Assembly (NCBI GenBank): GCA_964357395.1
Contig: CAYHLC010000003.1
Coordinates: 14,080-78,079 of the forward strand
Source: an uncultured Candidatus Saccharibacteria bacterium
GTDB lineage: Bacteria > Patescibacteriota > Minisyncoccia > Phycocordibacterales > Phycocordibacteraceae
DNA length: 64,000 bases
Reading direction: 5' to 3'
Shown piece after piece: positions 27,169 to 36,572 of this stretch (position 1 is its first letter; each line of letters starts with the position of its first letter). The notes beneath the pieces are model-generated. The model did no database searches. It saw only the letters and a list, made by a program, of their open reading frames with translations, and was not told the origin of the DNA. Both the position numbers and the translations under genes were made by a program.

Positions 27169-28698
27169 CTAGCGGGCGAACTCGATTGCGCGTAGCTCGC
27201 GGATCACGTTAACCTTCACTTCTCCTGGGTACTTCATCTCATTTTCGACACGGAGTGCCACGTTCCGAGCTAAGTCGCGTGCGTCGAAGTCGGAGATCTG
27301 CTCTGGCTTAACAAAGATGCGTAGCTCGCGGCCTGCCTGGATGGCATAGGCCTTCTCTACGCCAGGGAACGAGGTGGCGATGGTCTCTAGCTCTTGCAAC
27401 CTCTTGATGTAGTTCTCTACTGAATCGCGGCGGGCGCCTGGGCGACCCCCCGAGATCGCGTCCGCTACCTGCACGATGTACGACTCGATAGTCTCGTATG
27501 GGTACTCCTCATGGTGGGCCTGCATTGCCTGGATGACGCGCTTGTCGACACCGAACTTCTCAAGGATGCGGCGGCCTATCTCGACGTGCGTACCCTGTAT
27601 GGCGTGGTCTACCGCCTTGCCGATGTCATGGAACAGCGCTCCGGCCTTAGCAACCCTTACATCCGCACCAAGCTCGGCTGCCATAACGCCAGCAATGTGT
27701 GCCATTTCGACTGAGTGGTAGAGGACGTTCTGCCCATACGAAGTGCGGAAGTGTAGGCGACCAAGGATGGCAATCAATTTAGGGTCGTAGCCGGTCAAGC
27801 CCACTTCGTACAGGGCCTCCTCGGCCTTCTGCTTCATTACTCTCGTTATTTCGTTCTTCGATTTCTCCACCACGTCCTCGATCTTTGCTGGTTGGATACG
27901 CTGGTCGATAATCAAGGTCTCGAGCGCGATACGCGCCACCTGTCTGCGGATAGGGTCGAAGCAGGAGATAACTATCATGCCTGGTTGCTCGTCGAGGAGT
28001 ACATCAACACCGGTCGCTCGCTCGAAGGTGCGGATGTTGCGGCCCTCCTTGCCAATGATCTTGCCCTTCACATCATCCGATGGCAAGGGGACGTTGGTCG
28101 TAAGAATGTCGGTCTGCACCGCGTTGCCGAGGCGGTGGATGGAGGTAGCGAGGATGTCCTTGGCCTTCTGGTCCAGCATCTCCTTGCCGTTGATCTCGAG
28201 CTTCTGAATACGGACCATCATGTCCTCCTCGTGCTTTTCCTCAACTGCGGCCATCAACTTCTTAACTGCTTCGTCCTCGCTCATCTTGGCGACATCCTCG
28301 ATAGCCTTCTGTCTATCTGCAATCAGCGCGTCCGCCTTGACCTTGATAGCGCGGACCTCCTCGATCTGTGCCTTGATGCGCTCCGCTTCTCTATCGATGT
28401 CTCCTTGGCGTTTGTCGAGGAACTGCTCCTTCTCACCGATACGCTTGTCCTTGTCGAGGAGTGCGGCCTCCTTGTCTGCCATGGCCTTCCTAGCGCCGTG
28501 GTCTACGGTCTCGGCCTTCTTCTCTGCTTCAGCAATGAGGACCTCGGCCTTCTCTCTCGCGTCGAGCATTATCTGCTTAATGGCGAGCTCGGCAGAGCCT
28601 TTCTGCGAGAGGCCTACTAACCAACGCAGGAGATATCCTGCGCCAAGCCCAATGAGGCCGGTCGCGGCGAGGAGGAGTAAAAGGGTAAATGTTGACAT
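27169..28698 (-). CDS. rny: ribonuclease Y
   Basis: N-terminal TM, coiled coil, KH domain (KGKIIGKEGRNIRTFE) and HD domain (ALFHDIGKAVDH). 509 aa. Confidence 0.95.
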   Translation of the reverse strand: MSTFTLLLLLAATGLIGLGAGYLLRWLVGLSQKGSAELAIKQIMLDAREKAEVLIAEAEKKAETVDHGARKAMADKEAALLDKDKRIGEKEQFLDKRQGDIDREAERIKAQIEEVRAIKVKADALIADRQKAIEDVAKMSEDEAVKKLMAAVEEKHEEDMMVRIQKLEINGKEMLDQKAKDILATSIHRLGNAVQTDILTTNVPLPSDDVKGKIIGKEGRNIRTFERATGVDVLLDEQPGMIVISCFDPIRRQVARIALETLIIDQRIQPAKIEDVVEKSKNEITRVMKQKAEEALYEVGLTGYDPKLIAILGRLHFRTSYGQNVLYHSVEMAHIAGVMAAELGADVRVAKAGALFHDIGKAVDHAIQGTHVEIGRRILEKFGVDKRVIQAMQAHHEEYPYETIESYIVQVADAISGGRPGARRDSVENYIKRLQELETIATSFPGVEKAYAIQAGRELRIFVKPEQISDFDARDLARNVALRVENEMKYPGEVKVNVIRELRAIEFAR

Positions 28699-28907
28699 AC
28701 GGGTAGGGCCCGCACTGGTACAACAAAACTACTGTGCTACAGCAGGCGAGGATCGTCGTCCAAAGAGTCGTCTGAAGGGCAGCGCCATAGTCCGAAGTGT
28801 CAGTACAAAGTCCAAATTAAAATTCATTAAAGGAACACATATAGTGTATCGCCGAACGCCCGAGTGCGCAATGTGCATGGAAATCCAGTCTGTGGTAGCC
28901 TTCCGGC

Positions 28908-29093
28908 ATGACTGACCCCGAGAATCTGGGTGGCCCCTTCAAAACGATTGGACCGGCCAAGCATGCACTAAAGATCGTGGGCCCACTAATGTGGCCCGAA
29001 CTCAATCTGACACCAAGACAGTGGAAGAAGCTCGCAGCCTCCCTCACCCTCCTCGGCGGCTTCCTCTACCTCACCTTCCGAAATATTTACTAG
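28908..29093 (+). CDS. small membrane protein (61 aa)
   Basis: ORF track. C-terminal TM (LAASLTLLGGFLYLTF). Confidence 0.3.
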   Translation: MTDPENLGGPFKTIGPAKHALKIVGPLMWPELNLTPRQWKKLAASLTLLGGFLYLTFRNIY

Positions 29094-29106
29094 GCAAGTG
29101 ATTAGT

Positions 29107-29134
29107 TGCTTTTTATGCAATTATGTGGTATTAT
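29107..29134 (+). promoter_or_regulatory. sigma-70-like promoter TTGCTT-17-TATTAT ending 7 nt before an ATG (leaderless arrangement)
   Basis: agTTGCTTtttatgcaattatgtggTATTATatactcaATGGCT. Confidence 0.45.
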
Positions 29135-29141
29135 ATACTCA

Positions 29142-29348
29142 ATGGCTTTCGAGGCATACGCAGCTGCAGGAGACGACTACGATCCACCACTAACTCCACG
29201 AGGTGCGGGCATTCGTGTGCAGCGCGGAAGGAAAGAGTTGAAGCTTAGTGTCCGCGAAGCGAACAAGGTTGGTCCAGTTGTGTGGTATCTGGGCTGGGGC
29301 CTTGGCATCGCAGGTGCGGCCGGAGTCTTTGGCGTTGCGTACATGTAA
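29142..29348 (+). CDS. small membrane protein (68 aa), likely leaderless
   Basis: Internal Met of track ORF 29106-29348. Sequence MAFEAYAAAGDDYDPP...VVWYLGWGLGIAGAAGVFGVAYM. The promoter -10 ends 7 nt upstream. Confidence 0.4.
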   Translation: MAFEAYAAAGDDYDPPLTPRGAGIRVQRGRKELKLSVREANKVGPVVWYLGWGLGIAGAAGVFGVAYM

Positions 29349-29358
29349 CAAACAGAGT

Positions 29359-29529
29359 ATGGGTATCGATCAGGGTGCAGCGCAAGAAGCAGGGAGGAAG
29401 CTCTTGGATAGCCCAATGCGCTATGTGACGGGGCTGAGGAAGTTCAGTGAGAAGAACAAGCTACGCTTCGGTGCATCACTCTTCATCATCTTCGCTTTCA
29501 TGCTCATCGCACTCGAGGCGGGCAGCTAG
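29359..29529 (+). CDS. small membrane protein (56 aa)
   Basis: Internal Met of track ORF 29248-29529. C-terminal TM LFIIFAFMLIALEA. Confidence 0.3.
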   Translation: MGIDQGAAQEAGRKLLDSPMRYVTGLRKFSEKNKLRFGASLFIIFAFMLIALEAGS

Positions 29530-29557
29530 CCAAACGGCTCTTGTAGGTTTCGTTGCT

Positions 29558-29788
29558 CTATCCAACCATAAAGAATGCGACGGTGCTCATCCCGAGCATT
29601 ACTATCGTGCCGCCTATTTTTATAGAGGCTCGTCGTACATTTGTGACCTCGCCAAATACAGTACGCATTGTGCCCTTCTCTATTGCGCTTGCAGTGTCAC
29701 CCTCTCTTAGGTCCTCACCGTTTACTGGCAACCAGTCGGGTTTTTCTGGTGACAATCTCTTCTCGTTGCGGAACAATTCATGACTCAT
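29558..29788 (-). CDS. small membrane protein (76 aa)
   Basis: ORF track. C-terminal TM GTIVMLGMSTVAFFMVG. Confidence 0.3.
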   Translation of the reverse strand: MSHELFRNEKRLSPEKPDWLPVNGEDLREGDTASAIEKGTMRTVFGEVTNVRRASIKIGGTIVMLGMSTVAFFMVG

Positions 29789-29802
29789 ATTTTTTGTTTT
29801 AG

Positions 29803-29841
29803 GACAGTACTAATTGACTGTCGGATAGAATCATATATAAT
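29803..29841 (+). promoter_or_regulatory. promoter TTGACT-16-TATAAT overlapped by dyad GACAGT-N8-ACTGTC (candidate autoregulatory operator) upstream of first TrmB-like gene
   Basis: agGACAGTactaaTTGACTGTCggatagaatcataTATAATttagag. The inverted repeat spans the -35. Confidence 0.5.
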
Positions 29842-29876
29842 TTAGAGTGAGTGGCAAATACCACCACTTCAGCCAT

Positions 29877-30629
29877 ATGTATAGGGAAGTACTTGAGGAA
29901 ATAGGCCTATCGCCGAACGAGGCCAAGATCTACGAGGCTCTGTTGGAGCGGGGCGTCTCGTCAGTGCCCGCCCTGGCACTCAAGACTGGAGTCGACAAGC
30001 GGAACATCTACGACATCATCCCTAAGATGCTAAAGAAGGGGATCATCTACCAGATAGTCGACCCCAAAGAGCGCCTCTACGCCGCGCTCGAGCCTGCGAA
30101 GTTGAAGGAGCTACTGAGGGAGAAGGAGTCTCGGCTCGACGACATACTGCCTGCGCTCAACAAAAAGTTCCGCAAGAGCACAACAGGGGAGTCGGTATCT
30201 ATATATAAGGGCAAGGAAGGGTTCAAGAACTATTTGCGCGATGTGCTGAAGGCAGGTAAGGACGTGTACTTTGTGGGCGCCAAGGGAGGCTGGTTCGATC
30301 CTGAGTTAGAGACGTTCATCAAGCACTTCCTCCGAGAGGCGAAGAAGAAAGGGATTAAGTACCACCACCTCTTTGACCACGAGATGGGCAGGCAGGCACC
30401 AGAGGTGGTAGCTAAGCTCGGCAAGCCGCACAAGTTCCTGCCCAAAGAGTACTCAACAACAGGGGCGATCGACATCTTTGGCGACCACGTAGTCACCTTT
30501 TCTGGCCTGACACTAAAAAGCGTTACGGAGGACGTGACGTTGGTGGTTATCAAGAACAAGGAGCTCGCCGACTGCTACCGCACTTGGTTCCAGTTCATGT
30601 GGGACCACTGCCCAGAGACAAAAGGTTAG
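29877..30629 (+). CDS. TrmB-family winged-helix transcriptional regulator (paralogue 1)
   Basis: LEEIGLSPNEAKIYEALLERGVSSVPALALKTGVDKRNIYDIIPKMLKKGI is the TrmB N-terminal wHTH. It has a 150-aa C-terminal effector-type domain. The track ORF begins at an upstream GTG. Confidence 0.7.
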   Translation: MYREVLEEIGLSPNEAKIYEALLERGVSSVPALALKTGVDKRNIYDIIPKMLKKGIIYQIVDPKERLYAALEPAKLKELLREKESRLDDILPALNKKFRKSTTGESVSIYKGKEGFKNYLRDVLKAGKDVYFVGAKGGWFDPELETFIKHFLREAKKKGIKYHHLFDHEMGRQAPEVVAKLGKPHKFLPKEYSTTGAIDIFGDHVVTFSGLTLKSVTEDVTLVVIKNKELADCYRTWFQFMWDHCPETKG

Positions 30630-30647
30630 CCCCAAGGGGCGGGATCA

Positions 30648-31253
30648 CTACTTAGACTTGTAGATCTCGTCGATGATGCCGTACTTCTTGGCTTCCTCTG
30701 ATGTCATCCAATAGTCGCGCTCAGCGTCGGAGGTGACTTGGGCCAGCGTCTTCCCAGTATTCTTGGACAGTATCTTGTTTAGTACCTCTTTAGTGCGGAG
30801 TATGTGCTTGGCGGCGATCTCGATATCCGTTGCCTGTCCCTCGACACCACCCATAACCTGGTGGATCATCACTTCGGAGTTTGGGAGTGCGAAGCGCTTG
30901 CCCTTCTTGCCCGCGCTGAGGATGACGGCTGCAGCCGAGGCTGCGATACCGACGGTTACCGTCGCGATGTCCGGCTTTACATAGTTCATGGTGTCGAGGA
31001 TCGCGAGTCCTGCACTCACGGACCCTCCCGGAGAGTTTATGTACAAGTAGATGTCCTTCTTTGGATCGTCAGACTCGAGGAAGAGGAGTTGGGCGATAAC
31101 TAGGTTCGCCACATCATCATGGATAGGCCCGCCAAGGAAGATAATGCGCTCCTTGAGGAGCCGTGAGTAAATGTCGTATGCGCGCTCGCCCATGTTCGAC
31201 TTCTCGATAACCATGGGGACGAGCATGTTGGATCGGTGTTGTTGTGCTGTCAT
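30648..31253 (-). CDS. clpP: ATP-dependent Clp protease proteolytic subunit
   Basis: [18 protein letters not shown] (Ser), MIHQ (His) and the family-wide fold. Start chosen at MTAQQ within track ORF 30648-31301. Confidence 0.9.
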   Translation of the reverse strand: MTAQQHRSNMLVPMVIEKSNMGERAYDIYSRLLKERIIFLGGPIHDDVANLVIAQLLFLESDDPKKDIYLYINSPGGSVSAGLAILDTMNYVKPDIATVTVGIAASAAAVILSAGKKGKRFALPNSEVMIHQVMGGVEGQATDIEIAAKHILRTKEVLNKILSKNTGKTLAQVTSDAERDYWMTSEEAKKYGIIDEIYKSK

Positions 31254-31263
31254 GATAGGGGCA

Positions 31264-32085
31264 TTATACCTTTTTAACTTTTTCCGCCAAGCGAGCCCCA
31301 TCGCTCGGCAGCGTACTGTCGACGTAGCGGAAGATCGCCTTGATGGTCTCTGCTATCTTCTTGTCCTCGATGATCATGGCCCACGGGTTTTCCTCCGCAA
31401 AGGACATGATCGCAGTCTTGTTGTCGTAGGCAGCGAGCTCGATATCGAAGTTGAACGCGGGCGGGAGGAACTTGGTGACACGTAGCTGTTCCTTATCGTG
31501 CGTACTCAGCTCTCGTGACTCGGGACTGTCGACGGCGAGTGCCAGCCACTTGATGCCGTGCAGCGGGCGCTTCTCCAAGACATAGTCGATCCAATCCATG
31601 CCCATAAGGTTGTAGACCGCGTGGATGCCAGTAAATCCGTACACCACCTTCTCCTCGTTCTTACGTATCAGATCTTCGTACACCTGCTTGATGCCCTCCG
31701 GACCATCGAAGAACTGGAGGTTCGGCCGGTACCCTCCCTCCTGGCTCCGCATACTTACGAGCGCGGGCACATACTCCGCGACCTTCTTTACATTTTTGTC
31801 TTGTTGCTCCCGTGCTCGCTCGAGGTAGGTAACGAGCATATGCGGCTCAATGGATTGGAAATACAACACACCATTCTTTTCCGACGAGGAGACTAATCCC
31901 TTATCAACAAGTGATTTTAGGAGGCCATAGAGTGTAGTGCGGTTTATACGTAGACGCCGCGCCACCTCGGTCACCCGGAGTCCAGTCTCGTGCGCGAGGA
32001 GGAAGAGGAACGCCTTGGTCTCCCCACTACTAAGCCCCGCCCCAAGGAGGGCACTACTCAGGCCATCTACGATTTTCTTGTCCAT
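31264..32085 (-). CDS. TrmB-family transcriptional regulator (paralogue 2)
   Basis: [45 protein letters not shown] is a wHTH. Divergent from the SBP gene at 32180. Confidence 0.7.
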   Translation of the reverse strand: MDKKIVDGLSSALLGAGLSSGETKAFLFLLAHETGLRVTEVARRLRINRTTLYGLLKSLVDKGLVSSSEKNGVLYFQSIEPHMLVTYLERAREQQDKNVKKVAEYVPALVSMRSQEGGYRPNLQFFDGPEGIKQVYEDLIRKNEEKVVYGFTGIHAVYNLMGMDWIDYVLEKRPLHGIKWLALAVDSPESRELSTHDKEQLRVTKFLPPAFNFDIELAAYDNKTAIMSFAEENPWAMIIEDKKIAETIKAIFRYVDSTLPSDGARLAEKVKKV

Positions 32086-32125
32086 ATGCTTTTGTTGTCG
32101 GGTTACCTCAACAATATATATGCTA

Positions 32126-32155
32126 ATTGACTTTTGTCAATCAAAACATTAGTAT
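32126..32155. promoter_or_regulatory. dyad ATTGAC-tttt-GTCAAT overlapping -35 of TTGACT-17-TAGTAT promoter for SBP gene (shared divergent control region)
   Basis: gctaATTGACttttGTCAATcaaaacatTAGTATttctg. Confidence 0.45.
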
Positions 32156-32179
32156 TTCTGTTAATAATTTATTTTCAAT

Positions 32180-33289
32180 ATGAGTACTAAAACAATCGTA
32201 GGTCTCTTGCTCCTAGGCGTTGTGATTATTGGAGGCGTTTACGTCTTTTCAGCAGAACCAAAGCATGAGGGGCCAATCAAGGTGGGATTTATCGGCCCTC
32301 TCACTGGTGATGTGTCATCAATCGGTACAGTGGCGCGAGCGGCTGTCGAGGTGGCGGTGGACGAGATCAATGCGGCTGGCGGCATCGACGGCAACCAGCT
32401 CGAGATAATCTACGAGGATGGCAAGTGTGACGCTGCCGCGGCCAATAGTGCCGCTAACAAGCTCATTAACATCGACAAGGTGACCGCGATTATTGGAGGC
32501 GCATGTTCCGGCGAGACACTCTCATTCGTGCAGCAGGCGATGGAAAAGAAGGTCGTCACTATTTCCTACTGCTCGTCGGTACCGACGCTAAGCGGTGTGG
32601 GCAAGTACTTCTTCCGTGACTATCCATCTGATGCGTACCAGGGCGTGTTTATGGCGGACTACGCTTATAACAAGCTTGGCGCGCGCAATGTGTCTATCCT
32701 CTATCACATCAATGACGCGCACACTTCACTGAAGGACGTGTTCACAAAGCGATTTACTGAATTAGGAGGAAGGATAGATATCGTGGAGGGTACGCCACAG
32801 GAGGCGCGTGACTACCGCACCCAGCTCACCAAGATGGGCAAGGCAGCTTTCATCTACATGCCGACGTATGCTGATGGAGCGACCGTAGCGTTGACTCAGG
32901 CTCACGAGCTTGGCATCAAGGCAACTATATTTAGTAACGACGCGTGGGGCGACCCAAAGATGCAGGAGGCGGTCGCCGGGCTCGACCGCTACGCATACTC
33001 GGAGGCTAAGACTCCTGAGTTTCCGAATGAGTTTGTGACAAAGGTGCAAGAAAAAGCCGGTACCGACTCAGTCCCTGCGTGTGCGCCACAGGCCTATGAT
33101 GCTACTCATATCCTCGCCGGAGCACTTAGGAATGCTGGCACTAACCCAGACAAGGTCGCAGATGCACTACGTGTCACGAGATACGACGGCGTATCAGGCC
33201 ACATCGAGTTCGATGAAAATGGTGACCTCAAGGGTGCTGCATATGTAGTCAAAATGATACAAAACGGCACTGCGACTGAGGTTAAATAA
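32180..33289 (+). CDS. ABC transporter substrate-binding protein, LivJ/LivK (type I PBP, branched-chain amino acid/amide) family, signal-anchored (paralogue 1)
   Basis: N-terminal TM then PIKVGFIGPLTGDVSSIGTVARAAVEVAVDEINAAGGIDGNQLEIIYEDGKCD, the canonical Leu/Ile/Val-binding-protein N-lobe. No lipobox Cys. 369 aa. Confidence 0.85.
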   Translation: MSTKTIVGLLLLGVVIIGGVYVFSAEPKHEGPIKVGFIGPLTGDVSSIGTVARAAVEVAVDEINAAGGIDGNQLEIIYEDGKCDAAAANSAANKLINIDKVTAIIGGACSGETLSFVQQAMEKKVVTISYCSSVPTLSGVGKYFFRDYPSDAYQGVFMADYAYNKLGARNVSILYHINDAHTSLKDVFTKRFTELGGRIDIVEGTPQEARDYRTQLTKMGKAAFIYMPTYADGATVALTQAHELGIKATIFSNDAWGDPKMQEAVAGLDRYAYSEAKTPEFPNEFVTKVQEKAGTDSVPACAPQAYDATHILAGALRNAGTNPDKVADALRVTRYDGVSGHIEFDENGDLKGAAYVVKMIQNGTATEVK

Positions 33290-33290
33290 A

Positions 33291-34070
33291 CTATTTAGTC
33301 AGCACATCGAGGCGCTTGGCCTCCTCCCACGCGAGTGCGAAGATCTGTTTCATTGCCTGCGCAATCTCGGCGCTCTCGATAATGATGCCGAGCTTATCCT
33401 TCCACGAGGCGATCATCACTTTGTTGTCGTAGATCTCAATATCGGGTGTGATGTCGAACTTGTCTTGCGGCACGACCGCAGCGATGCGCGCCTCGTCCTT
33501 GTTGTGCGTCATACGCTCGCGGGTCATGGGCGTATCAGCCACGATGCCGCGTGCCACAATTCCTTTTTTAGCGCGACGTTCGTAGTAGGAGGGGAAGTAG
33601 CTGCCTAGCGCGGCGTGCATCTCTTCGTACCTAGCGTACGCAACTATCTCTTCAGTCGAAGTGAGTGTGTCCTCGTACACCTCCTTCAATCCCTCGATAC
33701 CCTCATAAAACTTTACAGTCGGGCGACTCTCCACTTTGTGTATAGACGTGAGCTGCGGAACAAAGGTCTTCGCTTTTTGCATACTCTCCTCCAGTGCTCG
33801 CATCTTGTTGCTTAGAAGTTGGTGTAGCCTCTCAGGTGACTCGGCTACGTACTCTTGCTTCGGCTCCTTGCCAGAGATACGGACCAGTCCGTCGCTCGAG
33901 AGGCGGTCCAGAATGTCGTACCCCGTAGTGCGATTGATGCCGGCGCGTCTCGAGATCTGCGCGACGGTGCCGCGCCCTATTTCTAGTATCGCCATATACA
34001 CTCCGGCCTCGTTCTTTGAGAGCCCAAAAGAGGTGAGGGTAGCGAGCGTGGCCTCGTCGTTCTTTGACAT
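33291..34070 (-). CDS. TrmB-family transcriptional regulator (paralogue 3)
   Basis: LSKNEAGVYMAILEIGRGTVAQISRRAGINRTTGYDILDRLSSDGLV. Divergent from the SBP gene at 34244. Confidence 0.7.
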   Translation of the reverse strand: MSKNDEATLATLTSFGLSKNEAGVYMAILEIGRGTVAQISRRAGINRTTGYDILDRLSSDGLVRISGKEPKQEYVAESPERLHQLLSNKMRALEESMQKAKTFVPQLTSIHKVESRPTVKFYEGIEGLKEVYEDTLTSTEEIVAYARYEEMHAALGSYFPSYYERRAKKGIVARGIVADTPMTRERMTHNKDEARIAAVVPQDKFDITPDIEIYDNKVMIASWKDKLGIIIESAEIAQAMKQIFALAWEEAKRLDVLTK

Positions 34071-34243
34071 ATCGACAGCTTAATCTATAGTCATAATTGT
34101 GTCAAGTCAATCCCACAAAATCTTTAAATCCTAAAAATAGGTCTTAAAATAAAGCTATAAACATAGCTATTCTGACAACACTACTTGACAATACTGTTAA
34201 TATCGGCTACACTGTCCGTATTGTTATCAAGTTTACATAGAGT

Positions 34244-35377
34244 ATGAACACACAAACAGTAGTTGGAGTAGTCGTAGTGCTCGTCGCCGTCGTCGGTGGG
34301 TATCTACTTTTCTCAAGGCCTGCTCTGCCTGAGGGGCCAGTTAAGATTGGCGTCATTGCCCCACTTACGGGAGACGCTGCCTCATACGGTGAGTCGCTAC
34401 GCGACGTGATGCTGCTCGCAGCAGAGGAGATCAACGCCGCAGGTGGCATCGAGGGCAGGCAGGTGCAGCTCGTCATTGAGGACGGCAAGTGCAACGGCAA
34501 GGATGCTGCAAGCGCCGCGCAGAAGTTGGTTAGTGTTGATAGTGTCGAGGTGGTCATTGGCGGCTTCTGCTCCAGCGAGTCGCTCGCGGCCGAGCCAGTT
34601 ACTACGGCATCCAAGGTGGCACTCTTCTCTGCCGCATCATCGAATCCGGGACTCACCAATGTCTCGCCGTACTTTGCTCGTAACTATCCATCGGACTCGT
34701 CGCAGGGCACCTTCCTTGCTGATATCGCGAGCGATCGTGGGTACAAGAAGGTGGCAGTTATCCAAGAGCAGACAGACTACGCTGCGGGCGTGTTTGGTGC
34801 ATTCAGCACCGAACTAACTGCAAAGGGTGGAGTAGTAGTCAAAGAGGAGTTCCCATCCAAGCACACAGACTTTAGATCACTCATAGCAAAGCTGAAGGCA
34901 GAGAAGCCTGACGCGCTCTTCATCATTGCGCAGACGCAGGCCGCAGAGAAGCTCTTGTTCGCGCAGCTGCAGCAGCAGGCATGGAATACCCCGCTCCTCA
35001 TCAATGACGTTATCGCCGGGGACAAGGAGATGCTCGCCGAGTACGCGCCGTTCCTCGAGGGTGCCCTGACCGCCGAGTTTACTGTCGACCCAACAAACAC
35101 CAAGTATCAGAAGTTCCTCGCAGCTTTTGTAGCGAAGTACAGCAAGGAGCCAACACTGCTTGCCTACGCACAGACCGAGTATGACGCAGTCTATCTAGTG
35201 GCGGACGCTATCCGCGAGGTTGGGTACGATGGCACCAAGATCGCTGCATGGCTCCGTACTGTTAAGGACTGGGATGGCGCGGTAGGCAAGGTGACGATAG
35301 GTGCTAACGGCGACCCGGTTGCCGGCCACCGACCGGAGGTGATTCGTGGTGGCGTTGCTGCCCCTTATAGCAGGTAG
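34244..35377 (+). CDS. LivJ-type substrate-binding protein, signal-anchored (paralogue 2)
   Basis: PVKIGVIAPLTGDAASYGESLRDVMLLAAEEINAAGGIEGRQVQLVIEDGKCNG. 377 aa. Confidence 0.85.
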   Translation: MNTQTVVGVVVVLVAVVGGYLLFSRPALPEGPVKIGVIAPLTGDAASYGESLRDVMLLAAEEINAAGGIEGRQVQLVIEDGKCNGKDAASAAQKLVSVDSVEVVIGGFCSSESLAAEPVTTASKVALFSAASSNPGLTNVSPYFARNYPSDSSQGTFLADIASDRGYKKVAVIQEQTDYAAGVFGAFSTELTAKGGVVVKEEFPSKHTDFRSLIAKLKAEKPDALFIIAQTQAAEKLLFAQLQQQAWNTPLLINDVIAGDKEMLAEYAPFLEGALTAEFTVDPTNTKYQKFLAAFVAKYSKEPTLLAYAQTEYDAVYLVADAIREVGYDGTKIAAWLRTVKDWDGAVGKVTIGANGDPVAGHRPEVIRGGVAAPYSR

Positions 35378-35399
35378 TCAGTGCCTGTATACTCAAGCC

Positions 35400-36572
35400 A
35401 TGAAGTGGGACTTGGGTAAGATATATGCATTCAAGTTTTTTGACGACCTGGTACTTGTATACCCGTTCTACATACTTCTCTTTGTTGAGAGTGGGCTTTC
35501 TGCAACTGAGGTTTCCTCTCTGCTCATTGCCTGGTCAGTAGTAACGTTCGTACTTGAGATCCCGTCGGGTGTGTTGGCCGATCGAGTCCCGCGCAAGTAT
35601 GTACTTATCGCTGGCCAACTTGCACGCGCCCTGAGCTTTGGTATCTGGATCTTTTGGCCGACATTTACCGGATTCCTGATCGGCGTTGTTCTTTGGGGGG
35701 TTAAGAGTGCCTGTACTTCAGGGACATTCCAGGCGCTCGTCTACGATCTCTTGAAGTCGGATAATGAGGAGGCATCATATGCGAAGGTGATTGGTCGTGC
35801 TCGTACTGCTTCCTACATCGGAGTGCTTGTTGCTGCTGGGCTTGCGTCGGTCGCCATCGCATACGGGTACACCTTTGTGCTGGTTGCAAGCGCAGCCGCA
35901 GTCGCACTCTCGGCACTCTCGATCGCTCTTGTGTCCGCAGCCCCTGCGTTTCAGTCAACACATGAAAAGGATTATGTATCAATCGCGACGGCGGGCTTCT
36001 GCTTTCTCTATACTCGCCAGGCGCTTCTGCTCCTCATACTTTTTATGGCTCTGTTTCATGCGCAGTATTTGGGGATCGAAGAGTTTTTCCCGATACTGAT
36101 GACGCTCGATGGTGCCACAAAGTCCACTATTGCACTCATGGGCATTGCGTTTGGTGTTGCACAGGCTCTGGCAAGTTTGCTGGCGCACCGGTTTGAGCGT
36201 TTCGCTACCTTCGGGATCGGACTGTTCATGGTGCTCGAGGGAGCGTTTTATGTGGGGGCGTACTATCTCGCTGGCATACCAAGCTTCGCTGCGCTGGTTA
36301 TTGCGTCTGCGATGCACACCATCTTCTTTACGCTCTACGATGCTCGCGTGCAGCACACGCTCGATTCCGGGACGAGAGCGACCGTCTCATCTGTACAGGG
36401 TCTCCTGACCGAAGGGTCAGCCGTACTCTTTTATATAGTGTTCGGGCTTGGAGCAGGGGCACTGGGGTACAGCGAGGCTTTCTTTTGGTTCAGCCTTTGG
36501 GTTTTTGGGTTAGGGTTCCTGTACCTGGCCTCGCAGATGTTCTGGCGGAAAGAAGTCTCGTATACTAAGTAG
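35400..36572 (+). CDS. major facilitator superfamily transporter
   Basis: About 12 predicted TM helices with an MFS-like loop (GVLADRVPRKYVL). Start at MKWDLGK inside track ORF 35346-36572. Confidence 0.7.
   Translation: MKWDLGKIYAFKFFDDLVLVYPFYILLFVESGLSATEVSSLLIAWSVVTFVLEIPSGVLADRVPRKYVLIAGQLARALSFGIWIFWPTFTGFLIGVVLWGVKSACTSGTFQALVYDLLKSDNEEASYAKVIGRARTASYIGVLVAAGLASVAIAYGYTFVLVASAAAVALSALSIALVSAAPAFQSTHEKDYVSIATAGFCFLYTRQALLLLILFMALFHAQYLGIEEFFPILMTLDGATKSTIALMGIAFGVAQALASLLAHRFERFATFGIGLFMVLEGAFYVGAYYLAGIPSFAALVIASAMHTIFFTLYDARVQHTLDSGTRATVSSVQGLLTEGSAVLFYIVFGLGAGALGYSEAFFWFSLWVFGLGFLYLASQMFWRKEVSYTK

Noticed and set aside
27892-28915. + strand ORFs antisense to rny
   Set aside because: Shadow ORFs. 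Leu/Asp-rich repeats mirror the rny coiled coil.
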